Source of the DNA: Tepidisphaerales bacterium
GTDB taxonomy: Bacteria; Planctomycetota; Phycisphaerae; Tepidisphaerales; Tepidisphaeraceae
Length of the DNA: 56,576 nt
NCBI GenBank assembly: GCA_038326995.1
Contig: JBBQKP010000001.1
Coordinates: forward strand, 1 to 56,576
Reading direction: 5' to 3'
The translations under genes and the position numbers were made by a program. The notes beneath the pieces are model-generated. The model was given only the letters and a program-made list of their open reading frames with translations. It was not told where the DNA came from and made no database searches. Each line of letters starts with the position of its first letter. Within the stretch, counting starts at the first letter, position 1. Positions 13,763-22,729 of this stretch are shown here, in pieces.

Positions 13763-13798
13763 CGACGACTACTTCGACGACTACTTCGACGACTACTT
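13763..13798. repeat. 12-bp exact tandem repeat x3 (cgacgactactt) spanning the SBP stop codon
   Basis: Read directly. On the coding (minus) strand this gives three in-frame TAG codons 12 nt apart (AAG TAG TCG TCG x3), between the SBP gene end and the permease start at 13755. Confidence 0.9.
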
Positions 13799-15568
13799 CA
13801 CTGAAACGAATTTCGGCAGGACGATGAGCTTGGCATTGGGCGTGATGCCATCGACGTTGTCTCGGTAGAGCGTGACATTGACATAGTGATAAAGCGGCAA
13901 GATCGGCAGCTCGGTGTTGATCATCGCCTCGGCTTTCTGGAGCAGGTCAGAACGCTTTTGCTCGTTTGACTCTTGCTCGGCTAACTTCAGCAGGGCGTCG
14001 TATTCGGGAGGGGCCCAGTTCGTGTCATTGTTCTGACTGGTCGAGAGGTATTTGTCGGTCCAGGTCGAGAGGTCCATGTAATCGCCGTACCACGCGACGG
14101 CCGCGATCGTGTAATTTTTATCCGTTACGCGCGTGCGATAGGTCTTGAGTTCGAGCGGTTCGAGGTCGACCGTGATGCCCAGATTTTCGCGCCATCCTTG
14201 AGACAGAAATTCCGCGAAAGCCTTGCGAGTCGGGTTGTCTGAGTTGTAGGCGAATGTCAGCTTGGGAAATCCTTTGCCTCCGGCATAACCCGCCTCGGCG
14301 AGGAGCTTTCGAGCGCCTTCGACATCATATTCCGGCGTGGGCGTGCTTGAAAATCCCTTGAAAAAGCCCGGCGGAATATAGCTGCCCGCGACCTTCTCGC
14401 CCATTCGTGTGATCTGGTCGACGATGTACTGTTTCTCGACCGTCATCGCCAAGGCGCGGCGAATGCGGACGTCTGAGAGAGGATTTTTCACACCCGCACC
14501 GAGCTTGCTGTCGACGGTGGGGGCGGTGTTAAAGGTGAGAAACGCCGTGCCGTAGGCGGGCGTGGAGCGGAGGTCACTTCGATTGATCGATTTAAGTTCG
14601 GCACTCACGTCGGCGGAAACATCCGCGAGCCAGTCGACGGTTCCCTGCTCGTATTGCTGGAAAGCACTTTGCGGGTCGTTGTTCACGACCATGATGACTT
14701 TCTTGCTCTTGACGTTGGCTGCGTCCCAGTAGTTCGGGCACGCGGTCAGGACGATCTGCCTGCCCGCGATCCACTCGCTCAGAGTGAACGGACCGTTGGT
14801 GACGACGTTTTCAGGCTTGGTGTATTTCGCATCGTAGCTGACGCGTCCTTTCGCGTCGGCCGATTTGAAGGGTTCCATGCTGCGTGCGTGACGCGGGTAG
14901 AACGTCGGAAACGCCATGAGATCAGGCAAAAACGGCACTGGGTTGTTCAATGATATTTCAACCGTCTGAGCGTCAATCGCCCTAACTCCTACGTCCTGCG
15001 ACTTCACTTTGCCGTCCTGTTCGCGATAGCTTTTTTCATACGCCTCGGCATTTTTTATGTAGTAGAGCAGCGAGGTATATTCGCCCGGCGATTCGAGCAG
15101 GAGAAGCCAGGAAAAGACGAAATCGGCCGCGACCAGCGGGTCGCCGTTGGACCATTTTGCATCCGGGCGAAGTTTGAACGTCCAGGTCTTTTTATCGTCG
15201 GAAATTTTGGTCTCGCTCGCGAGCGAGGGCACCGGGGACATGTCGCGCACGTCATAGGTGTACAGGCCCTCGCGAATGCCGTAGGTGATGCGGAAGTCCT
15301 GCAGATACGACATCTGATTGAGGTCGAGCGTGATGAGGTCGCCGCGGTTGATGAAGGTGAACGTGCCCGGCCCGTTTGCGGGTGGCTTGTCGGCGACTTT
15401 CGTGATGGCGACGGAGCTGTTTCCGTCTGCTCCGGTCGCACCGGTTCCCTTGCTCTCATTCTTGTCTTCGCATCCCGTCAGCAATGCCGCCGCCGCGATT
15501 ACAGGCATCAGCAGTTTAAGAATGAATGTGGATGACTTGCCGGATGTTTTGGGTGTGCGAATGTTCAT
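13793..15568 (-). CDS. ABC transporter substrate-binding lipoprotein, family 5 (peptide/oligopeptide type)
   Basis: The preferred start is ATG 15568 (MNIRTPK...), with GGAGA 8 nt upstream. The signal peptide has a lipobox (AAALLTGC). The length and composition fit SBP family 5. The ORF is open upstream to 15661. Confidence 0.9.
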   Translation of the reverse strand: MNIRTPKTSGKSSTFILKLLMPVIAAAALLTGCEDKNESKGTGATGADGNSSVAITKVADKPPANGPGTFTFINRGDLITLDLNQMSYLQDFRITYGIREGLYTYDVRDMSPVPSLASETKISDDKKTWTFKLRPDAKWSNGDPLVAADFVFSWLLLLESPGEYTSLLYYIKNAEAYEKSYREQDGKVKSQDVGVRAIDAQTVEISLNNPVPFLPDLMAFPTFYPRHARSMEPFKSADAKGRVSYDAKYTKPENVVTNGPFTLSEWIAGRQIVLTACPNYWDAANVKSKKVIMVVNNDPQSAFQQYEQGTVDWLADVSADVSAELKSINRSDLRSTPAYGTAFLTFNTAPTVDSKLGAGVKNPLSDVRIRRALAMTVEKQYIVDQITRMGEKVAGSYIPPGFFKGFSSTPTPEYDVEGARKLLAEAGYAGGKGFPKLTFAYNSDNPTRKAFAEFLSQGWRENLGITVDLEPLELKTYRTRVTDKNYTIAAVAWYGDYMDLSTWTDKYLSTSQNNDTNWAPPEYDALLKLAEQESNEQKRSDLLQKAEAMINTELPILPLYHYVNVTLYRDNVDGITPNAKLIVLPKFVSVK

Positions 15569-15731
15569 TAAATTTTCTCCGTGCATTTTGAGTCTGGGTG
15601 GTGATCTCGGTCCATTTCGACTTGCCTTGGCAGAGCGAGCGACTTGCGATCGAAACCACACGCAGAACGTCGGCTGTAGTATTACAAATTTCTCGTGAAT
15701 AGACGAAGTATATCGAACTAATTCAGTCGAA

Positions 15732-16937
15732 CTAATTCGCCGGTGTGGTTCCGGTTTTTGCCCCCGGCAAGACGTTGGGGAATGATGCCGGCACGGCGAC
15801 GATCAGGTTGTCGATGAGCGTTTGAATCTGCTGGACTGAATTGGCGCGGCCGACACGGTTGAGGTCGTTTCCGGCCTTCTGCAGTGCCGCTGCGTTGGGG
15901 ACCGAAGGATCCACGGCGGCACAAACCGAACCCAGGCCGCGTCCGAGTTCTCTGAACTGATCGATTTGAGCGGCGTTTGTGGAATCGACGTTTTTTCGAG
16001 TCACTTTCAACAGTTCCAGCACACGCTTCATGGTGGTTTCGCGCTGCTCGGCGGACTGCAGCGACCACACCGCCGGGAGTGCCAAAACGCGAATGCCGTC
16101 GGAGTAATCGGTCATCGGGTCGTTGGGCATGGCGCCCGTCGCGTAGATGCCGATACGTGCGCCGAGGATATCGTGCGCACCGTCGATAAGTGTCGGAGCG
16201 ATGGCGGCGAGAAGCTCGCGGTTCCTTTGACGGCGTGCGGGGTCGCGCGTGATGGCTTCGACTTCGCCCAGCAGAGCACGATAGGCCTCGGCCGCAACCG
16301 GACCTTGCTCCTGGTGCGTCTGAACCGCTGCTGCTGCGGCTGCGATGACTTTTTCGTTTTGCTTCAACAGCGGATCACTCAGGATGACGGGCAAGATCGA
16401 ACGAGCAGCCTGCAGCCCCCACATTGAAATCGCCGGAGTCTGATCCGCGATCAAAAGTTCAACTGTCTTTTGCAATTCGGACGCCTGACCCGCACGTGAG
16501 AGGCGTGCGACGATGATCGCAGTGTTGAGCCGCGCCGCCGGTGACATGCTGGCCAGTGCGGGCCTGGCCTGAGCGTCGACCTCTTGTGAAAGGAGCTGAA
16601 GGAAAGACTGCGAGCGTGCGGGAGTCGAGGTGATCGCGGAATTGACAATCGCGTCTCGCGAGCGCGATAGCAACTCGCGGTTGTCTGACTTGATCGCCGC
16701 GAAATGCTCCGTGACAAAGGCACGGACTTCGCTGCGATAACCAGTCGCATCTTCGGCCGTCACGATCTCCGCAGTAAGGTCAGCTTTGGCGGGAATTGCG
16801 GTTGCCATCACGCCCATCGCAGCGACACAAAATAAAGCAATGAAGGACCGAATAATGTGGCGTGAGGGTTTTATAAGAGGAGCAACAAAGTAGACGCGTG
16901 GTTTTACAGGCTGAGTCACGTTCAGGAATGAAATCAT
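15732..16937 (-). CDS. hypothetical secreted alpha-helical protein
   Basis: Long ORF with a signal-peptide-like N-terminus (SFIALFCVAAMGVMATAIPAKA). GGAGA lies 8 nt upstream of ATG 16937; an alternative ATG is at 16952. I recognise no family. Confidence 0.7.
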   Translation of the reverse strand: MISFLNVTQPVKPRVYFVAPLIKPSRHIIRSFIALFCVAAMGVMATAIPAKADLTAEIVTAEDATGYRSEVRAFVTEHFAAIKSDNRELLSRSRDAIVNSAITSTPARSQSFLQLLSQEVDAQARPALASMSPAARLNTAIIVARLSRAGQASELQKTVELLIADQTPAISMWGLQAARSILPVILSDPLLKQNEKVIAAAAAAVQTHQEQGPVAAEAYRALLGEVEAITRDPARRQRNRELLAAIAPTLIDGAHDILGARIGIYATGAMPNDPMTDYSDGIRVLALPAVWSLQSAEQRETTMKRVLELLKVTRKNVDSTNAAQIDQFRELGRGLGSVCAAVDPSVPNAAALQKAGNDLNRVGRANSVQQIQTLIDNLIVAVPASFPNVLPGAKTGTTPAN

Positions 16938-17045
16938 CGAAAAAGTCTCCATACGTCAAACGAAGCGGCCGATTTTAACGCCGTGCCGCGTGGTGGGTTC
17001 AGACCGACCGCCAGACGCTATCGGTGCTCGCAAAAAGTGTCAACA

Positions 17046-17059
17046 TTCGCACGTGCGAA
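17046..17059. promoter_or_regulatory. perfect 14-bp palindrome ttcgcacgtgcgaa next to a TATAAT box upstream of rex
   Basis: Read directly. TATAAT sits at 17070-17075, only 8 nt before the rex ATG (17084). The palindrome overlaps the expected -35 region. It does not match the Firmicute Rex box TTGTGAA-N4-TTCACAA. Confidence 0.35.
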
Positions 17060-17083
17060 CGTCAATCTCTATAATCGACCAGC

Positions 17084-17806
17084 ATGATCGAACCGAGTGA
17101 CGCGAAACAACCCGTCTCGCAGACCAGAGGCGTCAGCGCATCGGTCTCCGAGATCGCCCCCCAGTCTGCCGGTCATCAACCGCCGCCCTATGTAAGACGG
17201 CTCAGCTTGTATTTGCGTCAGTTGGAGCATCTCGCGGAGACGGGTCAATCCCGCATCAACAGCAAGCAGCTGGGCGATCTGCTGGGACTGACCGACGGGC
17301 AGGTCCGCAAGGACCTGGCTCATTTTGGTCAATTCGGGCATCCGGGCATTGGCTATCGTGTCGCGGAACTCTCGCGTCAGATCAGGCACATCCTGGGCAT
17401 CGACAGGCCTTGGAATGTGATATTGATCGGCGCGGGCAATCTCGGAAAAGCACTGGCGTCTCACAAGGGATTTGAAGGAAGAAACATGCATTTGCTCGCG
17501 GTGCTAGATACGGACAAAACGCGTGTCGGCGAAGAAATCGCCGGGCTGAAAATTGAAGCAATGGGCGAACTGGCGAGTGTCGTCAAGCGGACGTCGGCTC
17601 AGCTTGCGATCGTTGCGGTGCCGGCATCGGCGGCGCAAGCCGTCGCAGACGCACTGGTCGCGGCGGGGGTGCGGTCGATCCTGAATTTCGCCCCTCGTCT
17701 GCTCACAGTTTCTCGGGGCGTTCTTGTCAATAATGTGGACTTGGCCCAGCAGTTGGAGCAACTCGCCTTTCAAACGCATTTCGCCGACGAGAGTTCGAAT
17801 TCCTAA
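17084..17806 (+). CDS. rex: redox-sensing transcriptional repressor Rex
   Basis: RLSLYLRQLE...INSKQLGDLLGLTDGQVRKDLAHFGQFGHPGIGY (winged helix) followed by a Rossmann ILIGAGNLGKAL. There is a ~35-aa N-terminal extension relative to typical Rex. Confidence 0.9.
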   Translation: MIEPSDAKQPVSQTRGVSASVSEIAPQSAGHQPPPYVRRLSLYLRQLEHLAETGQSRINSKQLGDLLGLTDGQVRKDLAHFGQFGHPGIGYRVAELSRQIRHILGIDRPWNVILIGAGNLGKALASHKGFEGRNMHLLAVLDTDKTRVGEEIAGLKIEAMGELASVVKRTSAQLAIVAVPASAAQAVADALVAAGVRSILNFAPRLLTVSRGVLVNNVDLAQQLEQLAFQTHFADESSNS

Positions 17807-18253
17807 AAAAATCGTCTCCAGAACGAATTGCGCAAAAGCTGCGCTAAGGGTAGTCCCGTTTTATCTTGCCCAGATTAACGCAAGAGGGTTTAGTCGCGGG
17901 GAAACTATTTACGATTGTAAATCCGTTACAGGTCGATTAAGTGGCCATCATATCCCGTCGAAATGATTAATGTCAGGCAATTACGACTCCCACACGAAAA
18001 ATAGTTCAGGCGCAAATACGGCGCAAAATAAAACTTTTTTTCCGGTGTTACATGGCTTGATCAGTCTTTCCCTTACGGGCTATAAGTTCAAAGCCTTATC
18101 GGTCCTTCGCTAATGGGCGACGGACGGCAAGAGCGTTGCAACATGGGTCGTGGCGGCAGATAGCGTGTCGTGCTCAAGCCCGTCGGTATGACCTAACGCA
18201 TCGCTCGACATTTCAGTAAACCCTTGGATCCCTTGAGAGGGAGAAACCAGCCC

Positions 18254-20161
18254 ATGGCCTTTAATAAGCAGCAAGCTCACGCCCCCCGTATCAAGACCAA
18301 GCTCATGCGGACGCTTCCACGGCAGATTACAATTCTGCGGACTCCTCCCCGGGCGCTGGTCGAGAATCTTGAGAATCGGCAACTTTTTGCCTTTTCTGCC
18401 GACATTAATTTCCAGCCCAGTTGGGATTCGACCCCAAGGGATCATTATCCCGACACAGGTGCGACCTACAACTCGCGGTTCGGAATAACCTACGGTTGGG
18501 ACTCCGACAACTCGGCTAACCAATTACGCAGAAGGCAGGGCGGCGAGCAGCGCCTTGATACCTTCGCGAATTTTGGCACGGGAAATCAGGCCAGAACTTG
18601 GGAAGTGGCCGTTCCCAATGGAACGTACTCAGTGTCATTGGCTGCAGGTGATCCGGCCTCTAACGAAGCTTATTACAACATCAATGTCGAAGGGCGAAAC
18701 CTGGTCAACGGCGCGCCCAATTCGAGTCAACGATGGCTCAATCGCAGTGGGAGCGTCACAGTCACCGACGGCAGACTGTCTGTTACCAGTGGCAATGGCG
18801 CCTGGAACAACCGAATCAACTTCATCTCGATTCGCCAGACCTCAGAGTTGGGGACTTTCTCTCCTTCACCCTCTCCCTCGCCTTCGCCGACACCTTCGCC
18901 GACACCTTCGCCGACACCTAGTCCCTCACCCTCACCGACACCCAGCAATCAGGCGCCGGGCCGGCCCTGGGGTGCGTTCGTTTCCAACGGCTCGGGTACG
19001 GACCTGAACCTCTCATGGCTCGATGCTTCAAGCAACGAAGAAGGCTTCCGTCTGGAACTTTCGATCGACGGCAGCAACTGGAACCGTATCGCCACCACGG
19101 GTGCGAACGCCACCAACTTCACCGCAACAGGCCTTCAAGCCAACACGCGATATTGGTTCCGCGTGCAGGCGTTCAACTCGGCAGGCAGCAGCGACCATCG
19201 TCAGTCCGGCACAGTGGTGACGGGCGGCAACGGGGCTTCCAATCCTGCTCCATCGCCGACACCAGCTTCCACGCCATCACCCACTCCGACACTATCACCC
19301 ACTCCGACACTATCACCCACTCCGGGGAACAATGGCGGCGGCGTGAGGCCGGTCGTGAACGACCAAAATATCGCCAATAGGTACAATCGGCTTACGTTCA
19401 ACGACGAGTTTAGCGGGTTTAGTCTGGATCAAAGTAAGTGGCGACATGAGTTTCAAGGACCACGTCGTGACGCCATTAACGTCCCAGAAGCAGTGTCCGT
19501 CGAGAACGGCGACCTGGTCATCCGCACCTACACCGAAAATAACACCCACTACACCGGTATCGTCAGCACCCGAGACAGATTCCAGCAGGCACATGGCTTC
19601 TTCGAAGCTCGGATCGATTTTGACTCCGCCCCCGGCATGTGGTCCGCGTTCTGGATTCACTCATGGAATATGCACAACGGCAACGCCGGCCGAAGCCCGG
19701 GCAACGCGAGTTCACTCGGCAACGAAGTCGATGTCGTCGAGCATCGCTCACACGACGCGGGCAACAACTACCGCGGCAATAAAGCCAGCCTCGCCGTGCA
19801 TTGGGACGGATATCGCGAGAACCAACGCACCGTCTTCGAAGACTCAGACCGTTTGGGTAACATCAACGCCGACCAGGGATATCACGTTTACGGCGTCGAA
19901 TGGACCGAAAACGCTTACAACTTCTATGTTGATGGCCGATTCTGGTACACGCTCAACCGGCAGGTCGCTCAGGACCGTGGCATCACCACCAACCCGATCA
20001 GCAACTTCCCCCAGTTCCTGATCCTCAGCTCGGAAGTCCAAAACGGAATCTGGGCCGGCAACGTGCCCAACGGCGGCTACGGCGATCGCGCCTCGACCAA
20101 CGTCAAGATGAAGGTCGACTACGTCCGGGTTTTCGCAAGTTCATCGCAGATCGTCTTGTAG
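18254..20161 (+). CDS. secreted multidomain glycoside hydrolase family 16 (beta-glucanase/laminarinase-like): malectin-like CBM, PS/PT linker, FN3, PT linker, GH16
   Basis: GH16 catalytic motif GNEVDVVEH plus FNDEFSG...LDQSKW and GMWSAFW. FN3 is seen in LSWLDASSNEEGFRLE...TRYWFRVQAFNSAG. The N-terminal domain ...GTYSVSLAAGDPAS...NINVEG...GRLSVT... is malectin/CBM-like. LENRQLFA lies near the N-terminus. ATG 18254 is preferred (ORF open from 18224). Confidence 0.9.
   Translation: MAFNKQQAHAPRIKTKLMRTLPRQITILRTPPRALVENLENRQLFAFSADINFQPSWDSTPRDHYPDTGATYNSRFGITYGWDSDNSANQLRRRQGGEQRLDTFANFGTGNQARTWEVAVPNGTYSVSLAAGDPASNEAYYNINVEGRNLVNGAPNSSQRWLNRSGSVTVTDGRLSVTSGNGAWNNRINFISIRQTSELGTFSPSPSPSPSPTPSPTPSPTPSPSPSPTPSNQAPGRPWGAFVSNGSGTDLNLSWLDASSNEEGFRLELSIDGSNWNRIATTGANATNFTATGLQANTRYWFRVQAFNSAGSSDHRQSGTVVTGGNGASNPAPSPTPASTPSPTPTLSPTPTLSPTPGNNGGGVRPVVNDQNIANRYNRLTFNDEFSGFSLDQSKWRHEFQGPRRDAINVPEAVSVENGDLVIRTYTENNTHYTGIVSTRDRFQQAHGFFEARIDFDSAPGMWSAFWIHSWNMHNGNAGRSPGNASSLGNEVDVVEHRSHDAGNNYRGNKASLAVHWDGYRENQRTVFEDSDRLGNINADQGYHVYGVEWTENAYNFYVDGRFWYTLNRQVAQDRGITTNPISNFPQFLILSSEVQNGIWAGNVPNGGYGDRASTNVKMKVDYVRVFASSSQIVL
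18881..18916. repeat. 12-bp exact tandem repeat x3 (ccttcgccgaca) encoding the PSPT linker
   Basis: Read directly, inside the PS/PT linker (about 18862-18945) of the GH16 gene. Confidence 0.9.
19276..19324. repeat. 18-bp tandem repeat x2.7 (atcacccactccgacact) encoding the second PT linker
   Basis: Read directly; encodes SPTPTL SPTPTL SPTPG. Confidence 0.9.
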
Positions 20162-20182
20162 ACTAATGTAATTGTGCACAAC

Positions 20183-20210
20183 GCGGGTCGGCCAAACGAG
20201 GCCGACCCGC
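20183..20210. terminator. hairpin terminator after the GH16 gene (possibly bidirectional)
   Basis: 11-bp perfect stem gcgggtcggcc/ggccgacccgc with loop aaacga, followed by tgcatttt. Confidence 0.7.
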
Positions 20211-20229
20211 TGCATTTTAAGGTCACTCG

Positions 20230-20880
20230 CTAGTTGGCAGATAATTCATCGAGTTTTAGGTTCAATTCAGTGGCCGTTTCAAATTCAAATTTCCTCGCAA
20301 ACTGTTCGTGCCTATTCCGAAGCACCTGCAGATGGTCCATGCCGAGGGTTTGAGGACGTTGATCGGTTTTATTCGCCCATTGTACGTAGGTGGTGAAGGT
20401 GTTTTTGATCTTTAGCGATGCGTGAGATTTTACCAATGTGCGGAAATAGGATTCGTCGGAACACCACGCACGCTCGTTTTGGCGCCGGAGGCCGTTATAT
20501 AGTTCGCGCCCCGTCAAAATTGATTGAGCAACTTTCATATTTCCCGCGAACCGCTGGCTGCCAGCAAAACACTAGAAGTTCGACCTCCACGGAAAGCTAG
20601 GCCAGCCCACCGGCGGGGATGTGATGTTGTAGCGTCTTTGTGTCGGTTTCAACTGACGGCTGAGCCAAAGCACTTTTATGCTTTTGGTGCAATATCGTCG
20701 AAAGGTAACACTTCAGCCGAATGCCAGAATTTCACGATATCTGGTGCCACGACTTGTACGCAAGTCGTTATACGCTCGAAAAATACAATTGATTCGACTG
20801 CTCGCGTTTACCAGGACTTGAATAAAAACCGTGACACCCAAAAATGTCCGAAGAAATGCGATTTGCTGCGTACGGCTGAA
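20230..20880 (-). pseudogene. decayed GT14 (core-2/I-branching type) glycosyltransferase remnant
   Basis: The intact C-terminal ORF (20230-20538) carries SDESYFRTLV ... YVQW......RPQTL......FARKFE, typical of the GT14 C-terminus. The same frame continues upstream through in-frame stops (TAG at 20572-20574, TGA at 20713-20715), reading ...CFAGSQRFAGN... (compare GSQWF). The region is visibly AT-richer than its surroundings, and the N-terminal part is absent. Confidence 0.55.
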
Positions 20881-20994
20881 GTGTTACGGATGACGAACGC
20901 ATCATTATGAGTCATTTATCGGTACGTTGTTTTAAGCAGCACATTTCCTGTCAATCTTTGCCTCGTGTGTAAAAATCGCTTATTATCTAGGCAC

Positions 20995-22641
20995 ATGGCC
21001 GATCAAAAGACCGCTCTTGACCTGCTCGCCACACAGGACGGTGCCCGTTCCGACGCTGAAATGCGGGTATTGTCTGAGATTGCGCAGATTCTAAGCAGCA
21101 CGCTCGACCTACGCGCGGGATTCACCCGAATCATGCAGGTCATCTCCGATCGTCTTCAGATGCATCGCGGCACGCTCGTGCTCTTGGACGAAGCGACCGG
21201 CAGGCTTCGAACCGAGACCGCATTCGGTCTGTCGGCAGAGGATATTGAGCGAAACCGCTTCGCGCTGGGTGAGGGCATCACGGGCAACGTCGTTGCGACC
21301 GGCAGGTCACGCATTATTCCTGACGTTCGCAACGAGACCGATTTTCTGAACCGCACGAATCGACTACGCAGCTACGACAACGCATCGACTCCGATCAGCT
21401 TCATGTGCGTGCCGATCAAGATCGAAAAGCGGCCTGTCGGTGCATTGGCGATCGACAAGCCCTACACGACAGAAGCGCAGCTTAAGGCCGACGAGATTTT
21501 TCTCGGGATCATCGCGGCGTTTTTGGCGCAGGCGATCCAGATCAATCGAATGGTGATGCGGCAAAAGGAGGATCTACTAGGCGAGAACGCACAGCTTCGG
21601 TCTCAGGTTCGCGACCGTTTCAAATTTGAAAGCATCATCGGCGACGCCCCGGCCATGCACGAGGTGTTCAACGTCGTCGGGCAAGTCGCAAGCAGCCGCG
21701 CGACCGTGCTTCTTTTGGGCGAGACCGGCACGGGCAAGGAAATGATCGCCAAGGCGATTCACTACAACAGCCCGCGTAAGGACAAGCCGTTTATCCGCGT
21801 CAATTGCGGCGCACTCACCGGCACGCTGTTGGAAAGCGAGCTCTTCGGACATGTAAAAGGCAGCTTTACCGGAGCCATTCGCGACAAGCTCGGCCGATTC
21901 GAAGCAGCCGACGGCGGGTCGATCTTCCTCGATGAGATCGGCACGATGGAGCCGCAATTGCAGGTCAAACTGCTTCGCGTATTGCAGGAGCGTGAGTTCG
22001 AGCGCGTGGGCGATAATCAGGTGGTAAAGGTGGACGTCCGCGTGATCGCCGCGACGAACGTCGATCTGCAGGAAGAAGTCGCCCGGGGTAATTTTCGTGA
22101 AGATTTGTTCTATCGATTGAACGTCGTCCCGATCTATCTTCCGCCGCTGCGGAATCGGCGCGAGGACATTCCCCGGCTGATCGATTTTTTCCTGGACAAG
22201 TTTAATCAGGTCAACGCCAGAAAACTCAGGCGCATCAATCGCGAGATGCTGAACGTAATGTTGCGATACCCCTGGCCCGGCAACGTTCGCGAGCTCGAGA
22301 ACGCGATGGAGCGGGCGGTCGTGCTCAGCACGGGCGAGGATTTTACCGAGGAACTTTTGCCGCTGTCCGTGCGGATGTTCGCGCAGCAGCGAAAGAGTTT
22401 GCAGAATGCGGAGACGATGGAACTATTGACCCGGCGATTGGCCGATCAGGCGATCAGCGAGTACGAGATGCGCGAGGGCGAAATTTATCAACTCGTGATC
22501 GATCAGGTCGAGCACGCGCTGATCGACAGGGCACTCGCGCGGTGCGGCGGCGTCAAAACCAAGGCGGCCGACTATTTGGGCATCAACCGCAACACGCTTA
22601 ATAAGAAGGTGAAGGATTTGGGCATTGAAACCGTGGACTGA
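20995..22641 (+). CDS. sigma-54-dependent transcriptional activator with N-terminal GAF domain (NifA-like architecture)
   Basis: AAA+ core GETGTGKE, the GAFTGA-like loop GSFTGA, ESELFGH, RVIAATN, and the C-terminal Fis-type HTH (AADYLGINRNTLNKKVK). ATG 20995 is preferred (ORF open from GTG 20965). Confidence 0.93.
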   Translation: MADQKTALDLLATQDGARSDAEMRVLSEIAQILSSTLDLRAGFTRIMQVISDRLQMHRGTLVLLDEATGRLRTETAFGLSAEDIERNRFALGEGITGNVVATGRSRIIPDVRNETDFLNRTNRLRSYDNASTPISFMCVPIKIEKRPVGALAIDKPYTTEAQLKADEIFLGIIAAFLAQAIQINRMVMRQKEDLLGENAQLRSQVRDRFKFESIIGDAPAMHEVFNVVGQVASSRATVLLLGETGTGKEMIAKAIHYNSPRKDKPFIRVNCGALTGTLLESELFGHVKGSFTGAIRDKLGRFEAADGGSIFLDEIGTMEPQLQVKLLRVLQEREFERVGDNQVVKVDVRVIAATNVDLQEEVARGNFREDLFYRLNVVPIYLPPLRNRREDIPRLIDFFLDKFNQVNARKLRRINREMLNVMLRYPWPGNVRELENAMERAVVLSTGEDFTEELLPLSVRMFAQQRKSLQNAETMELLTRRLADQAISEYEMREGEIYQLVIDQVEHALIDRALARCGGVKTKAADYLGINRNTLNKKVKDLGIETVD

Positions 22642-22729
22642 AGTTTATCAATAAGATTCGGTTAAATTCACGCTTCGCGGTGCAAGGGATGTAGACATTT
22701 GTACGGTGTTTGTTACTGTTATTTTTACT

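Noticed and set aside
18862-19324. Short regularly spaced repeats that might suggest a CRISPR-like array
   Set aside because: They are contiguous 12- and 18-bp tandem repeats without spacers, in frame within the GH16 gene, and they encode Pro/Ser/Thr linkers.
20524-20910. 128-aa plus-strand ORF in the low-GC patch
   Set aside because: The opposite strand shows decayed GT14 similarity in a consistent frame. The plus-strand product has no recognisable features.
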